Below are positions 56,341-64,000 of a DNA stretch of 64,000 nucleotides, piece after piece (position 1 is the first letter of the stretch; each line of letters begins with the position of its first letter). The position numbers and the translations under genes are program-made. The stretch comes from Acholeplasmataceae bacterium. GTDB taxonomy: Bacteria; Bacillota_I; Bacilli_A; Acholeplasmatales; Acholeplasmataceae. Where the stretch lies: NCBI GenBank assembly GCA_963675245.1, contig OY775910.1, forward strand, positions 1,152,001 to 1,216,000. The letters run 5' to 3'. Below the pieces are notes generated by a model. The model did no database searches. It saw nothing but the letters and a program-made list of their open reading frames with translations, and was not told the origin of the DNA.

Positions 56341-57705
56341 ATGAAAAAATTATGGACATTAATTATCGTATTAGTAGGCGCACTTACATTAGTCGCTTGT
56401 CAAGATGGTGAAGAAGAACCAGAACCAACTGTAAACAATGGTGAATCGATCGATTTTTCTGAAACATATACACAAAAAGAAAGTATTACTGTTTGGATGG
56501 ATGACGATTCTGGCGATTATATGGCAGAACTTATAACTGAGTTCAACAAATTATATCCAAATATCGTTGTTAATTTTGAACATAAAGGTTCAGTTGAATC
56601 ACGTGAATTATTAAAGACTTTTGGTCCTTCAGGTAATGGTGCCGACGTCTTCCAGTTCCCACATGACCACTTGGCTCAAGCGGTTCTTGAAGACTTAGTT
56701 TATCCACTTCCAGAATCAACACAAACGTTATTAGCAACACGTACTGCGCAAATCGCGTTAGATATTGCTACATTATCTTATGACGAAAATGCACATTCAT
56801 TTGATCCTAATAGTCCAAACGCTGTTGAAAGATTATATGCAGTGCCTCTATCATTAGAATCAGTAGGCTTATATTACAATACTGATATGATCGATACACC
56901 TGCTACAACAATGGAAGCATTATTAGCTGATGCAGCTACATGGAATGCAGCGCAAGCTTCTGATAATTCAGGCTTAACAAACGCTGAAAAAGGTTGGTAT
57001 TATTTAGCAACTTCATCACACTGGTCAGACAGTTACTTCATGCAACCTGTCTATTCAGCATTTGGATTCTATCCATTTGGTGCAAACCTAGATGATCCAT
57101 CTTCAGTAGGTTTCACAACAACTGAAGCTCTCGCAGCATTAAATTGGATTAATGATTCATTAAGACCTCAAGTAACTGGTAATGGTAACCATGACTCAGT
57201 AACTGGTGGTGCAAACTTTGAAAATGGTCTTATTCCTTATATTATTGCTGGTCCTTGGAACATTGAAGCTTATAGCAATGCAGATATTAACTTTGCTATC
57301 GCACCAATGCCAACCATCAATGGTCAAGCAATGAGAACATTCGCTGGTGCACAAATGGCTGCAGTTTATAAATATTCAGATCATAAAGAAGCAGCAATTA
57401 AATGGGTTGAATTCTTAAACTCAGATACTGCTATGGAACTTATGTATGAATACAAGACTAAACTTCCTGCATTGAAGACTGATTTATTAGATAGTATCGC
57501 TGGTGTAAGTGATGATACATTACTACTTGCTATGTCAGCACAATTACAAACTTCAGTACCTATGCCTACAATTCCACAAGTTACATGGTATTGGGGACCA
57601 GGTGAATCAATGATCACAGCTATTTGGGATAACGATACAGCTGTAGCTACTGCAGCTCAAGAAGCTGAAGAAGGCTATGCAAGTGCAGTTAATCTCGCTG
57701 GCTAA
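56341..57705 (+). CDS. malE: Maltodextrin ABC transporter substrate-binding lipoprotein
   Basis: Lipobox LVAC. GPSGNGADVFQFPHD, YAVP..ESVGLYYN, IAGPW, PMPTIPQV..YW. Confidence 0.88.
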   Translation: MKKLWTLIIVLVGALTLVACQDGEEEPEPTVNNGESIDFSETYTQKESITVWMDDDSGDYMAELITEFNKLYPNIVVNFEHKGSVESRELLKTFGPSGNGADVFQFPHDHLAQAVLEDLVYPLPESTQTLLATRTAQIALDIATLSYDENAHSFDPNSPNAVERLYAVPLSLESVGLYYNTDMIDTPATTMEALLADAATWNAAQASDNSGLTNAEKGWYYLATSSHWSDSYFMQPVYSAFGFYPFGANLDDPSSVGFTTTEALAALNWINDSLRPQVTGNGNHDSVTGGANFENGLIPYIIAGPWNIEAYSNADINFAIAPMPTINGQAMRTFAGAQMAAVYKYSDHKEAAIKWVEFLNSDTAMELMYEYKTKLPALKTDLLDSIAGVSDDTLLLAMSAQLQTSVPMPTIPQVTWYWGPGESMITAIWDNDTAVATAAQEAEEGYASAVNLAG

Positions 57706-57749
57706 AATCAATCACACTATATTTAAAATTATCTGTTAATAAACAATTA

Positions 57750-57795
57750 AAACAAATGAGTGGCGGTAACTCTCCTTGCCGCCCTCGTTTGGTTT
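57750..57795 (+). other. Intercistronic stem-loop between malE and malF
   Basis: CAAATGAG(T)GGCGGTAA-CTCTCC-TTGCCGCCCTCGTTTG long stem with G-U pairs and an interrupted T tail. Confidence 0.7.
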
Positions 57796-57819
57796 ATTTT
57801 AAGAAAGGGATTGGGAATC

Positions 57820-60342
57820 ATGAAAGATAAACTATATCAAATATTAAACTATATTAAAAAGGGGTTAAGCTATGCCTTTAAGGGAATAGGCATCGCTTTT
57901 AAAATTATCTTTTATCCATTCACGTGGTTTTGGGGATGGTTCTCAAATATACCTTTAGTTCATAAAGTCATTTTTAGTAAACCGATGAGCTTTATCAAAG
58001 CGATTTTATCTGGTTTTGTATGGGGATTAGGACAACTCCTTAACAAACAGGTTTTTAAAGCGCTATTCTTTTTTGTTTTTTTCGCAGGTTTAATTGGTTT
58101 AGAGCTAGGAACAAGCCATTATTTTGATGATTTAAATGCATATGATAAGATTCCTGGTGTTGATTTTGAAGATACATGGGTTCAAAACAGATTTATGGCA
58201 AACTATTTATATAATAAATTTGATGATGGTGGTTATCCGGCATTTGAAGATTATTTAGTAGAAATTGGTGGTGCTGAAAATCTAACTGAAGATTTATTGA
58301 TTAAATTTATTGGTCAAGATCTTGCAGAAAACAACCCTATTACATATACGAATTTGACGACTAACCAAGAAAACTTATTAACTGACTTCGATGATAGTGG
58401 TCGTGTTCATATTATTAGAAAACAATCATTGTTTACCGATGGTTCTGGTACATTTTATCTCGAAACAAACGTTAAACAAAATGACGGAAGCACCAAAAAA
58501 GAATATGTAGAAACCACCTTACTAACAGGAGAATTAAATGAAGATAATATCTTGTATAGTACAGATGGTTTAATTTCATTTGTTAAAACGGGCACAATTA
58601 CCCAAATAGATGATAGATTTTATGTAAGGGCGTCACAAGAAACTACTAATTTGTTGATCGATATATTAACAAATACAATATATTCGGTTTCTGAGTTTCC
58701 AATTGCAGATCATGATATTGAAGATCTTGATTTGATTGGTCCTGCGTATTTAATTGATGATCAATTATATGAATATTTTGAACCGGGATTAATATATAAT
58801 TCCGTTAGACTACAGTATAAGACAAATATGTTGATGGATACGTTTAGACAAGCGATGGTTTATACGTATTCACTCGATTTTAATAAATACAATAATACTG
58901 ACTACACACGTCTCATGATTAAAGTTTATTATGAACTTAATCCAGAAATTAGAGATGCTTTTGTTAGTGATTACAATAATTTCTTCTATGATCAAGCAGG
59001 TATGTTTGTTAGAGGTTATTGGTCAGTCATTACGTTAGGTACTGCTAAAAAAGTTGACATTAAAGCACATATGAGTTTGATGGACGCAATGGTTGGTACA
59101 GTGGATGATGACTATAATTTGATTGGTGAAGTCGTCCCACTTGACTCAGTACCTATTCAAGGACATGTCACGTTATTAATCTTAATTGAAGGGTTAATTG
59201 CTGTGATTCTATCTATCTTCTTTATGATCTTTGGATTATGGAGTATTCGTGATGCGTATAAGGTAAGCGAACAACGAAGACTAGGTCAAAAAATATTAAA
59301 ACAAAGGGAATATGCGAAGACAGTTTATGAGGAATCTTTTGAATATATCATTTTATCTCCAGCACTTTTCGTACTCGCATTTATTTCAATTATGCCGATT
59401 GCATTTGGCTTTATTATCGCATTTACGAGTATTCAAGGATCTGAATCACAAATTGATACATTCGATTGGATTGGGTTCACTAACTTCATGGCACTCTTTA
59501 ACTTCACATCTGGGCTTGGCACATCCTTTGGACTTGCGTTTTGGCGTGTATTAGGATGGACAATTGTATGGGCAATCTTCTCAACGTTCACCGTATTCTT
59601 TGGTGGATTCATCCAAGCACTTATTTTAAATAGTGAAAAAGTCGTCTTTAGAAAATTTTGGCGTACAGTCTTTATTCTTCCTTGGGCGATTCCAGCGTTA
59701 TTATCACAAATGGTTTTCTCAGTTATTTTTAATGAACATGGGTTTGTTAATAATTTCTTGAGTTCAATTGGTATTTACGATATTTTAGAAAACATGCAAA
59801 TGTTAGGTGTTGAATTTGATTCATTAGAAGGTATTAAACAATTGTTTTATTTAGGTCGAGAAAATATACAGTGGTTCAGTAACCCTAAGAACCCAACATT
59901 TGTTAGAACTACTTTAATTGTCGTCAACATTTGGTTAGGTTTCCCATACTTTATGGCACTCATGACAGGGGTTATGACAGCCATCGACCGTACGTTATAT
60001 GAAGCAGCTGATATTGATGGTGCTAGTGGTTTCCAAAAGATCACTAAGATTACGATGCCACTCGTGCTCTACTCAACTGCACCAATTCTCATTATGACAT
60101 TCTCAGGTAACTTTAATAACTTCGGGGTCATTTACTTTATCACCGGAGGAGGACCGAACGCCGGCCTTGTCTCAAGGGGATATGCCGGTGATACGGATAT
60201 CCTCATATCCTGGATGTATAAGTTAACTGTTGATTATCAACAATATAATATGGCGTCTGTTTTCTCAGTCTTGATCTTCTTATTTGTAGGGTCTTTGACA
60301 GCTTGGAACTTATCGCGGACACGCGCATTTACGGAGGACTAA
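57820..60342 (+). CDS. malF: Maltodextrin ABC permease MalF/MdxF-like with a large extracellular insertion
   Basis: GLGQLLNKQ, RTVFILPWAIP, NIWLGFPY, LYEAADIDGA, NFNNF, TDILISW. GTG 57760 lies in the hairpin; ATG 57820 is more likely. Confidence 0.9.
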   Translation: MKDKLYQILNYIKKGLSYAFKGIGIAFKIIFYPFTWFWGWFSNIPLVHKVIFSKPMSFIKAILSGFVWGLGQLLNKQVFKALFFFVFFAGLIGLELGTSHYFDDLNAYDKIPGVDFEDTWVQNRFMANYLYNKFDDGGYPAFEDYLVEIGGAENLTEDLLIKFIGQDLAENNPITYTNLTTNQENLLTDFDDSGRVHIIRKQSLFTDGSGTFYLETNVKQNDGSTKKEYVETTLLTGELNEDNILYSTDGLISFVKTGTITQIDDRFYVRASQETTNLLIDILTNTIYSVSEFPIADHDIEDLDLIGPAYLIDDQLYEYFEPGLIYNSVRLQYKTNMLMDTFRQAMVYTYSLDFNKYNNTDYTRLMIKVYYELNPEIRDAFVSDYNNFFYDQAGMFVRGYWSVITLGTAKKVDIKAHMSLMDAMVGTVDDDYNLIGEVVPLDSVPIQGHVTLLILIEGLIAVILSIFFMIFGLWSIRDAYKVSEQRRLGQKILKQREYAKTVYEESFEYIILSPALFVLAFISIMPIAFGFIIAFTSIQGSESQIDTFDWIGFTNFMALFNFTSGLGTSFGLAFWRVLGWTIVWAIFSTFTVFFGGFIQALILNSEKVVFRKFWRTVFILPWAIPALLSQMVFSVIFNEHGFVNNFLSSIGIYDILENMQMLGVEFDSLEGIKQLFYLGRENIQWFSNPKNPTFVRTTLIVVNIWLGFPYFMALMTGVMTAIDRTLYEAADIDGASGFQKITKITMPLVLYSTAPILIMTFSGNFNNFGVIYFITGGGPNAGLVSRGYAGDTDILISWMYKLTVDYQQYNMASVFSVLIFLFVGSLTAWNLSRTRAFTED

Positions 60343-60346
60343 GACT

Positions 60347-61732
60347 ATGTTAGGATATATTATATTAGCATTATATGTCGTATCAGTCGTGCTCACTGTA
60401 AACTGGGGTACCGTATATGACCTTGCACAGAAAAAAGGATATGATGGTAAAACATACAGAAGAATATCAATGATTCCATTTTATGGGTATATGAAGGTTA
60501 AGGCATTAAAGACAAAATCTCATATTACCGATGAAGAGATTAAACATCTTTTCAGTTTTAGAATGATTATCACAAGAATTGGATTCTTCGCGTTACTTAA
60601 CTTCTTGATTTTCTTAGTATTAATTCCTGTATCAGTGATTTTCTACCTTGGTGTAGGTAATTGGTCATTAACCCAATTACTCATCATCTATATGGCGATG
60701 GTTATCTTGTTATTCCATCAAGGTATTGTTGTTGAATACGCAAGAAAGAAAGGCTATGAAGGTCTAAAAGTCGGTTTATTTGGTTTGGTACCGATTGTTA
60801 GTTTCATGTATTATGTAAGAGCACCTAAGAAGAGAAATATCTCTAAAGCAGGATTAAAAGCCATCTTTAGTTTTGGTAATATTATTAGCAGACTAGCTAT
60901 TATGATGGAAATTGTCTTATTAGCGATTGTCGTTATAGTACCTGTGGTTTACATCTTTGGTATGGCATTTGCAAATCTACAATCAGCAATTCCAAATACC
61001 ATATGGCCAGAAAATCCATCATTTGAAGCATTCACATATCTCTTTAGAGAAACAAGCTTCTTAAAATGGTATTGGAATACTTTACAAATCGCGTTAATTA
61101 ATATGGTTGTTGGTACACTATTAATAACTGGTGCATCTTATGTCTTTGCTCGCTTTAGTTTTAAAGGTAAAAAAGCAGGTTTATTAACCATTCTAGTGTT
61201 ACAAGCATTCCCTTCATTTATGGGACTCATAGCGATGTATGTCTTATTCTGGAAGTTCGGCTTACTTGGTAAGCCAACGGCATTAACGATTCTATATATT
61301 GGTGGTAGTATTCCAGGTAATCTTTGGTTAGTTAAAGGATTCTTAAGTCAAATCCCTAAGGATCTTGATGAATCAGCCATGATTGATGGGGCTAACAAAC
61401 TCCAAATTTTCTTCAAGGTTTTATTACCTCTTGCAGTACCAATCTTAACATTCGTTGCAGTTGGTATGTTCATGGCACCATGGATGGACTATATGCTACC
61501 AGGTTATTTGTTACAATTTGAACCAACTGGTGCACCCACAGATTATGACATCACACAACAGTGGACGTTGGCCGTCGGTATCTTTAAATTCTTAGAGACA
61601 ACTTCTGATAGTCTACACTACTCCGCATTCGCTGCAGCTGTTATATTTGTAGGACTTCCTATTACAGCACTTTATATGACATTCCAGAAATACCTCATCG
61701 AAGGTATTATGGCTGGGGCAACCAAAGGGTAA
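60347..61732 (+). CDS. malG: Maltodextrin ABC permease MalG/MdxG-like with a duplicated N-terminal extension
   Basis: WYWNT, YVFARFSFKGK, LQAFP, IPKDLDESAMIDGA, FQKYLIEG..AGATKG. Confidence 0.9.
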   Translation: MLGYIILALYVVSVVLTVNWGTVYDLAQKKGYDGKTYRRISMIPFYGYMKVKALKTKSHITDEEIKHLFSFRMIITRIGFFALLNFLIFLVLIPVSVIFYLGVGNWSLTQLLIIYMAMVILLFHQGIVVEYARKKGYEGLKVGLFGLVPIVSFMYYVRAPKKRNISKAGLKAIFSFGNIISRLAIMMEIVLLAIVVIVPVVYIFGMAFANLQSAIPNTIWPENPSFEAFTYLFRETSFLKWYWNTLQIALINMVVGTLLITGASYVFARFSFKGKKAGLLTILVLQAFPSFMGLIAMYVLFWKFGLLGKPTALTILYIGGSIPGNLWLVKGFLSQIPKDLDESAMIDGANKLQIFFKVLLPLAVPILTFVAVGMFMAPWMDYMLPGYLLQFEPTGAPTDYDITQQWTLAVGIFKFLETTSDSLHYSAFAAAVIFVGLPITALYMTFQKYLIEGIMAGATKG

Positions 61733-61747
61733 TCTATTACCCTTTTT
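61724..61747 (+). terminator. Terminator overlapping the malG stop
   Basis: AAAGGGTAA-TCTA-TTACCCTTT plus TT. Confidence 0.75.
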
Positions 61748-61759
61748 GCCATCACATTG

Positions 61760-61815
61760 TGGAAACGTTATGAGAACGTTTTATTAAAACGTTTTCTAAA
61801 GCAACATGATACAAT
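61760..61815 (+). promoter_or_regulatory. Phosphorylase promoter with three AACGTT-centred LacI-type boxes
   Basis: AACGTT at 61764, 61775 and 61788. Extended -10 TGaTACAAT at 61807-61815. Confidence 0.65.
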
Positions 61816-61845
61816 ATGATTGGCATAAAATGAAGGAGTTTGATT

Positions 61846-64000
61846 ATGAAAACAGTATTTGAAAATAAGGCATCATTTATAGATGCTTACACATCATATT
61901 TTAAAAATGAATTAGGTACAACGTTAGAAAAGTCATCAATCTATGAACGTTACACTGCGCTTGCAGCGCTTCTAAATAAAGAACTTGATGAAAAACTAGC
62001 ACACACCGAAAACTACATGAAAGAAAACAATCTCAAGAAAACCATTTATTTTTCCATGGAATTTTTGATGGGAAGACTCATTTCCAACAATTTACAAAAC
62101 AGCAATCATTGTCAAGTCGTGATGGCTGCATTTGAAGAATTAGGGATTGATTTAAATGAAGTTGAACATGCAGAAGCTGATGCGGGACTTGGCAACGGTG
62201 GATTAGGTCGACTCGCTGCATGTTTCTTAGACTCAGCAGCATCAATGGGATTACCACTTTATGGAAATAGTCTACGTTATCAACATGGTTTCTTTAAACA
62301 AGAACTCGTCAATCATAAGCAAGTTGAAAAAGCTGAACGTTGGTTAGATCAACCCTTTATTTGGGAAACAAAACATCCGGAAGAAGCGATTGACATTCCG
62401 TTTTTTGGATTTGTTGATTATACAACATTAAAACACCCAACATGGGTTAAAGCTGTCCCATATGATGTTAAAGTTGTTGGTGATAGTAATGATATTGTAA
62501 CCACATTGAGATTATGGGCAACTGAACCATCTGATCTTCAAAAGATTCAGGATGAAGGGTACTTAAATTTAGTCGCTAGAATCGATAATCAGTTATATCC
62601 TGATGATTCAACGGTTGATGGAAAAACGTTACGATTGCAGCAACAATATCTCTTTAGTGCAGCAGGAATTCAACATGCTCTTCGTGAGCATAAAGCGCAA
62701 GGTAGAGATATTAGAGCGCTTGCTGATTACTACACATTCCAAATTAATGACACACATCCAACATTAATTATTCCTGAACTCATGAGAATACTGATGGATG
62801 TCGAAGGTTTAGGGTATGATGAAGCATGGCATATCGTCACACGTTCTGTGGCGTTTACGAACCACACCATCTTATCAGAAGCACTCGAAAAATGGGATAT
62901 TGGAATTTTTAGACGCGTCCTTCCAAGAATCTTTACGATTGTTAAGGAAATGGATCGTCGTTTCCATGAAATACTTGTTACGAATGGTAGATACAACAAC
63001 GAACAAATTTATTTAATGGGTCTTGTTGGTAACCATCATATTAGAATGGCACATATTTGTATTTATGGTGCATTTAGTATTAATGGTGTTGCTGAACTAC
63101 ATACTGAGATTTTGAAGCATAATGAAATGCATAATTTTTATCAATTATATCCAAATAAATTTAATAATAAAACAAATGGTATAACACATCGTAGATGGCT
63201 CATTCATACCAATCACGAACTGATTAAAATCTTAGATGATAAAATTGGTACAGCTTGGCGAAAAGACTTAACAAAACTTGAAGATTTTGACAAGTTTGCT
63301 GATGATCCAGAAACGCAACAAGCGATTTTTGAGATGAAACAAGCGAAGAAAAAAGCGTTAGCTGATAAAATCTTTAAAGATCGTGGTGTTTACTTAGATA
63401 CAAACATGATATTTGATATTCAAGCAAAACGTCTTCATGAATATAAACGTCAAGTGATGAATATACTTCATATCATCTATGTTTATCAAAGATTAAAAGA
63501 GGATGTAGAATTTAAAAAGAATTATCATCCACACGCCTTTATATTTGGTGCAAAATCAGCACCATCATATCATATGGCTAAAGCGATTATTGAACTGATT
63601 GATACCGCTGCTGAAGTCATTAATAATGATCCGGAAACCAAAGATTTACTTAAAGTTGTATTTGTTACTAACTATAATGTCACTTATGCAGAATATATTA
63701 TGCCAGCTGCAGACTTATCTGAACAAATTTCAACAGCGACAAAAGAAGCGTCGGGTACCGGAAACATGAAGTTCATGATGAATGGCGCAATCACCATCGG
63801 TACGATGGATGGTGCGAACGTTGAAATTGTGAAAGAAGCAGGTATTGATAATGAAATCATTTTTGGTATGACTGCTGATGAAGTGATGGAACACTATCGC
63901 CACAACGGTTATCGTCCAAGAGATATCTTTGATAATGATCCAAGATTACAAGACGTATTTAGATTTATTCGTCACTTAAATCCAAATCCAGGTTATTTTG
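61846..64000 (+). CDS. glgP: Glycogen/maltodextrin phosphorylase (3'-truncated by window edge; absent from the ORF track)
   Basis: SD AAGGAG, then ATG 61846 (MKTVFENK). YFSMEFLMGR, DAGLGNGGLGRLAACFLDS, LYPDD, QINDTHP, KRLHEYKRQ and the PLP motif EASGTGNMKF. Confidence 0.96.
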   Translation, partial: MKTVFENKASFIDAYTSYFKNELGTTLEKSSIYERYTALAALLNKELDEKLAHTENYMKENNLKKTIYFSMEFLMGRLISNNLQNSNHCQVVMAAFEELGIDLNEVEHAEADAGLGNGGLGRLAACFLDSAASMGLPLYGNSLRYQHGFFKQELVNHKQVEKAERWLDQPFIWETKHPEEAIDIPFFGFVDYTTLKHPTWVKAVPYDVKVVGDSNDIVTTLRLWATEPSDLQKIQDEGYLNLVARIDNQLYPDDSTVDGKTLRLQQQYLFSAAGIQHALREHKAQGRDIRALADYYTFQINDTHPTLIIPELMRILMDVEGLGYDEAWHIVTRSVAFTNHTILSEALEKWDIGIFRRVLPRIFTIVKEMDRRFHEILVTNGRYNNEQIYLMGLVGNHHIRMAHICIYGAFSINGVAELHTEILKHNEMHNFYQLYPNKFNNKTNGITHRRWLIHTNHELIKILDDKIGTAWRKDLTKLEDFDKFADDPETQQAIFEMKQAKKKALADKIFKDRGVYLDTNMIFDIQAKRLHEYKRQVMNILHIIYVYQRLKEDVEFKKNYHPHAFIFGAKSAPSYHMAKAIIELIDTAAEVINNDPETKDLLKVVFVTNYNVTYAEYIMPAADLSEQISTATKEASGTGNMKFMMNGAITIGTMDGANVEIVKEAGIDNEIIFGMTADEVMEHYRHNGYRPRDIFDNDPRLQDVFRFIRHLNPNPGYF

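Noticed and set aside
244..63016. Short antisense or overlapping ORFs in the track (e.g. 1265-1747, 10226-10780, 27828-28181, 30153-30371, 62730-62999)
   Set aside because: They lie within well-supported genes or the tRNA, and show no recognisable motifs or convincing SD; treated as shadow ORFs.
1..64000. CRISPR array, IS, prophage, reverse-transcriptase or anti-phage defence genes, and TGA-Trp recoding
   Set aside because: No spaced direct repeats or relevant protein motifs were seen. Long genes read through without internal TGA and several end in TGA.

Overview
AT-rich bacterial chromosome segment read in the standard code (TGA is used as a stop, e.g. 9990-9992, 14216-14218). Several features point to an Acholeplasmataceae-like, wall-less Mollicute (inference): ClpB without its N-domain under CIRCE control, many lipoproteins and extended -10 promoters. 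1-5061 is the AT-richer tail of a surface-polysaccharide locus: a UDP-sugar 2-epimerase followed by a phosphonate pathway (cytidylyltransferase-PepM, Ppd, and a nucleotidyltransferase fused to an Fe-dependent alcohol dehydrogenase) that predicts CMP-activated 2-hydroxyethylphosphonate. 7.4-19 kb holds three paralogous membrane sensor-PAS-degenerate GGDEF-EAL phosphodiesterases interleaved with pyk, yhhN and an aminopeptidase; two leaders here look like attenuators and share a 12-nt motif. The middle is mostly housekeeping and transport: potABCD, clpB, tRNA-Cys, a YtrA-type ABC/GntR unit, a P-type ATPase, arcA, msrB and a chromate transporter pair. 47.9-64 kb is a large starch/maltodextrin locus: lipoprotein amylase, MalA, pullulanase plus a small lipoprotein, a non-catalytic multi-CBM protein, MalE, MalF with a ~300-aa extracellular insertion, MalG with a 105-aa tandem duplication, and a phosphorylase missed by the ORF track. 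Clustered LacI-type operator-like sites lie at its promoters. No mobile element, CRISPR array or rRNA was seen. All family calls come from motif recognition by eye; no searches were run.
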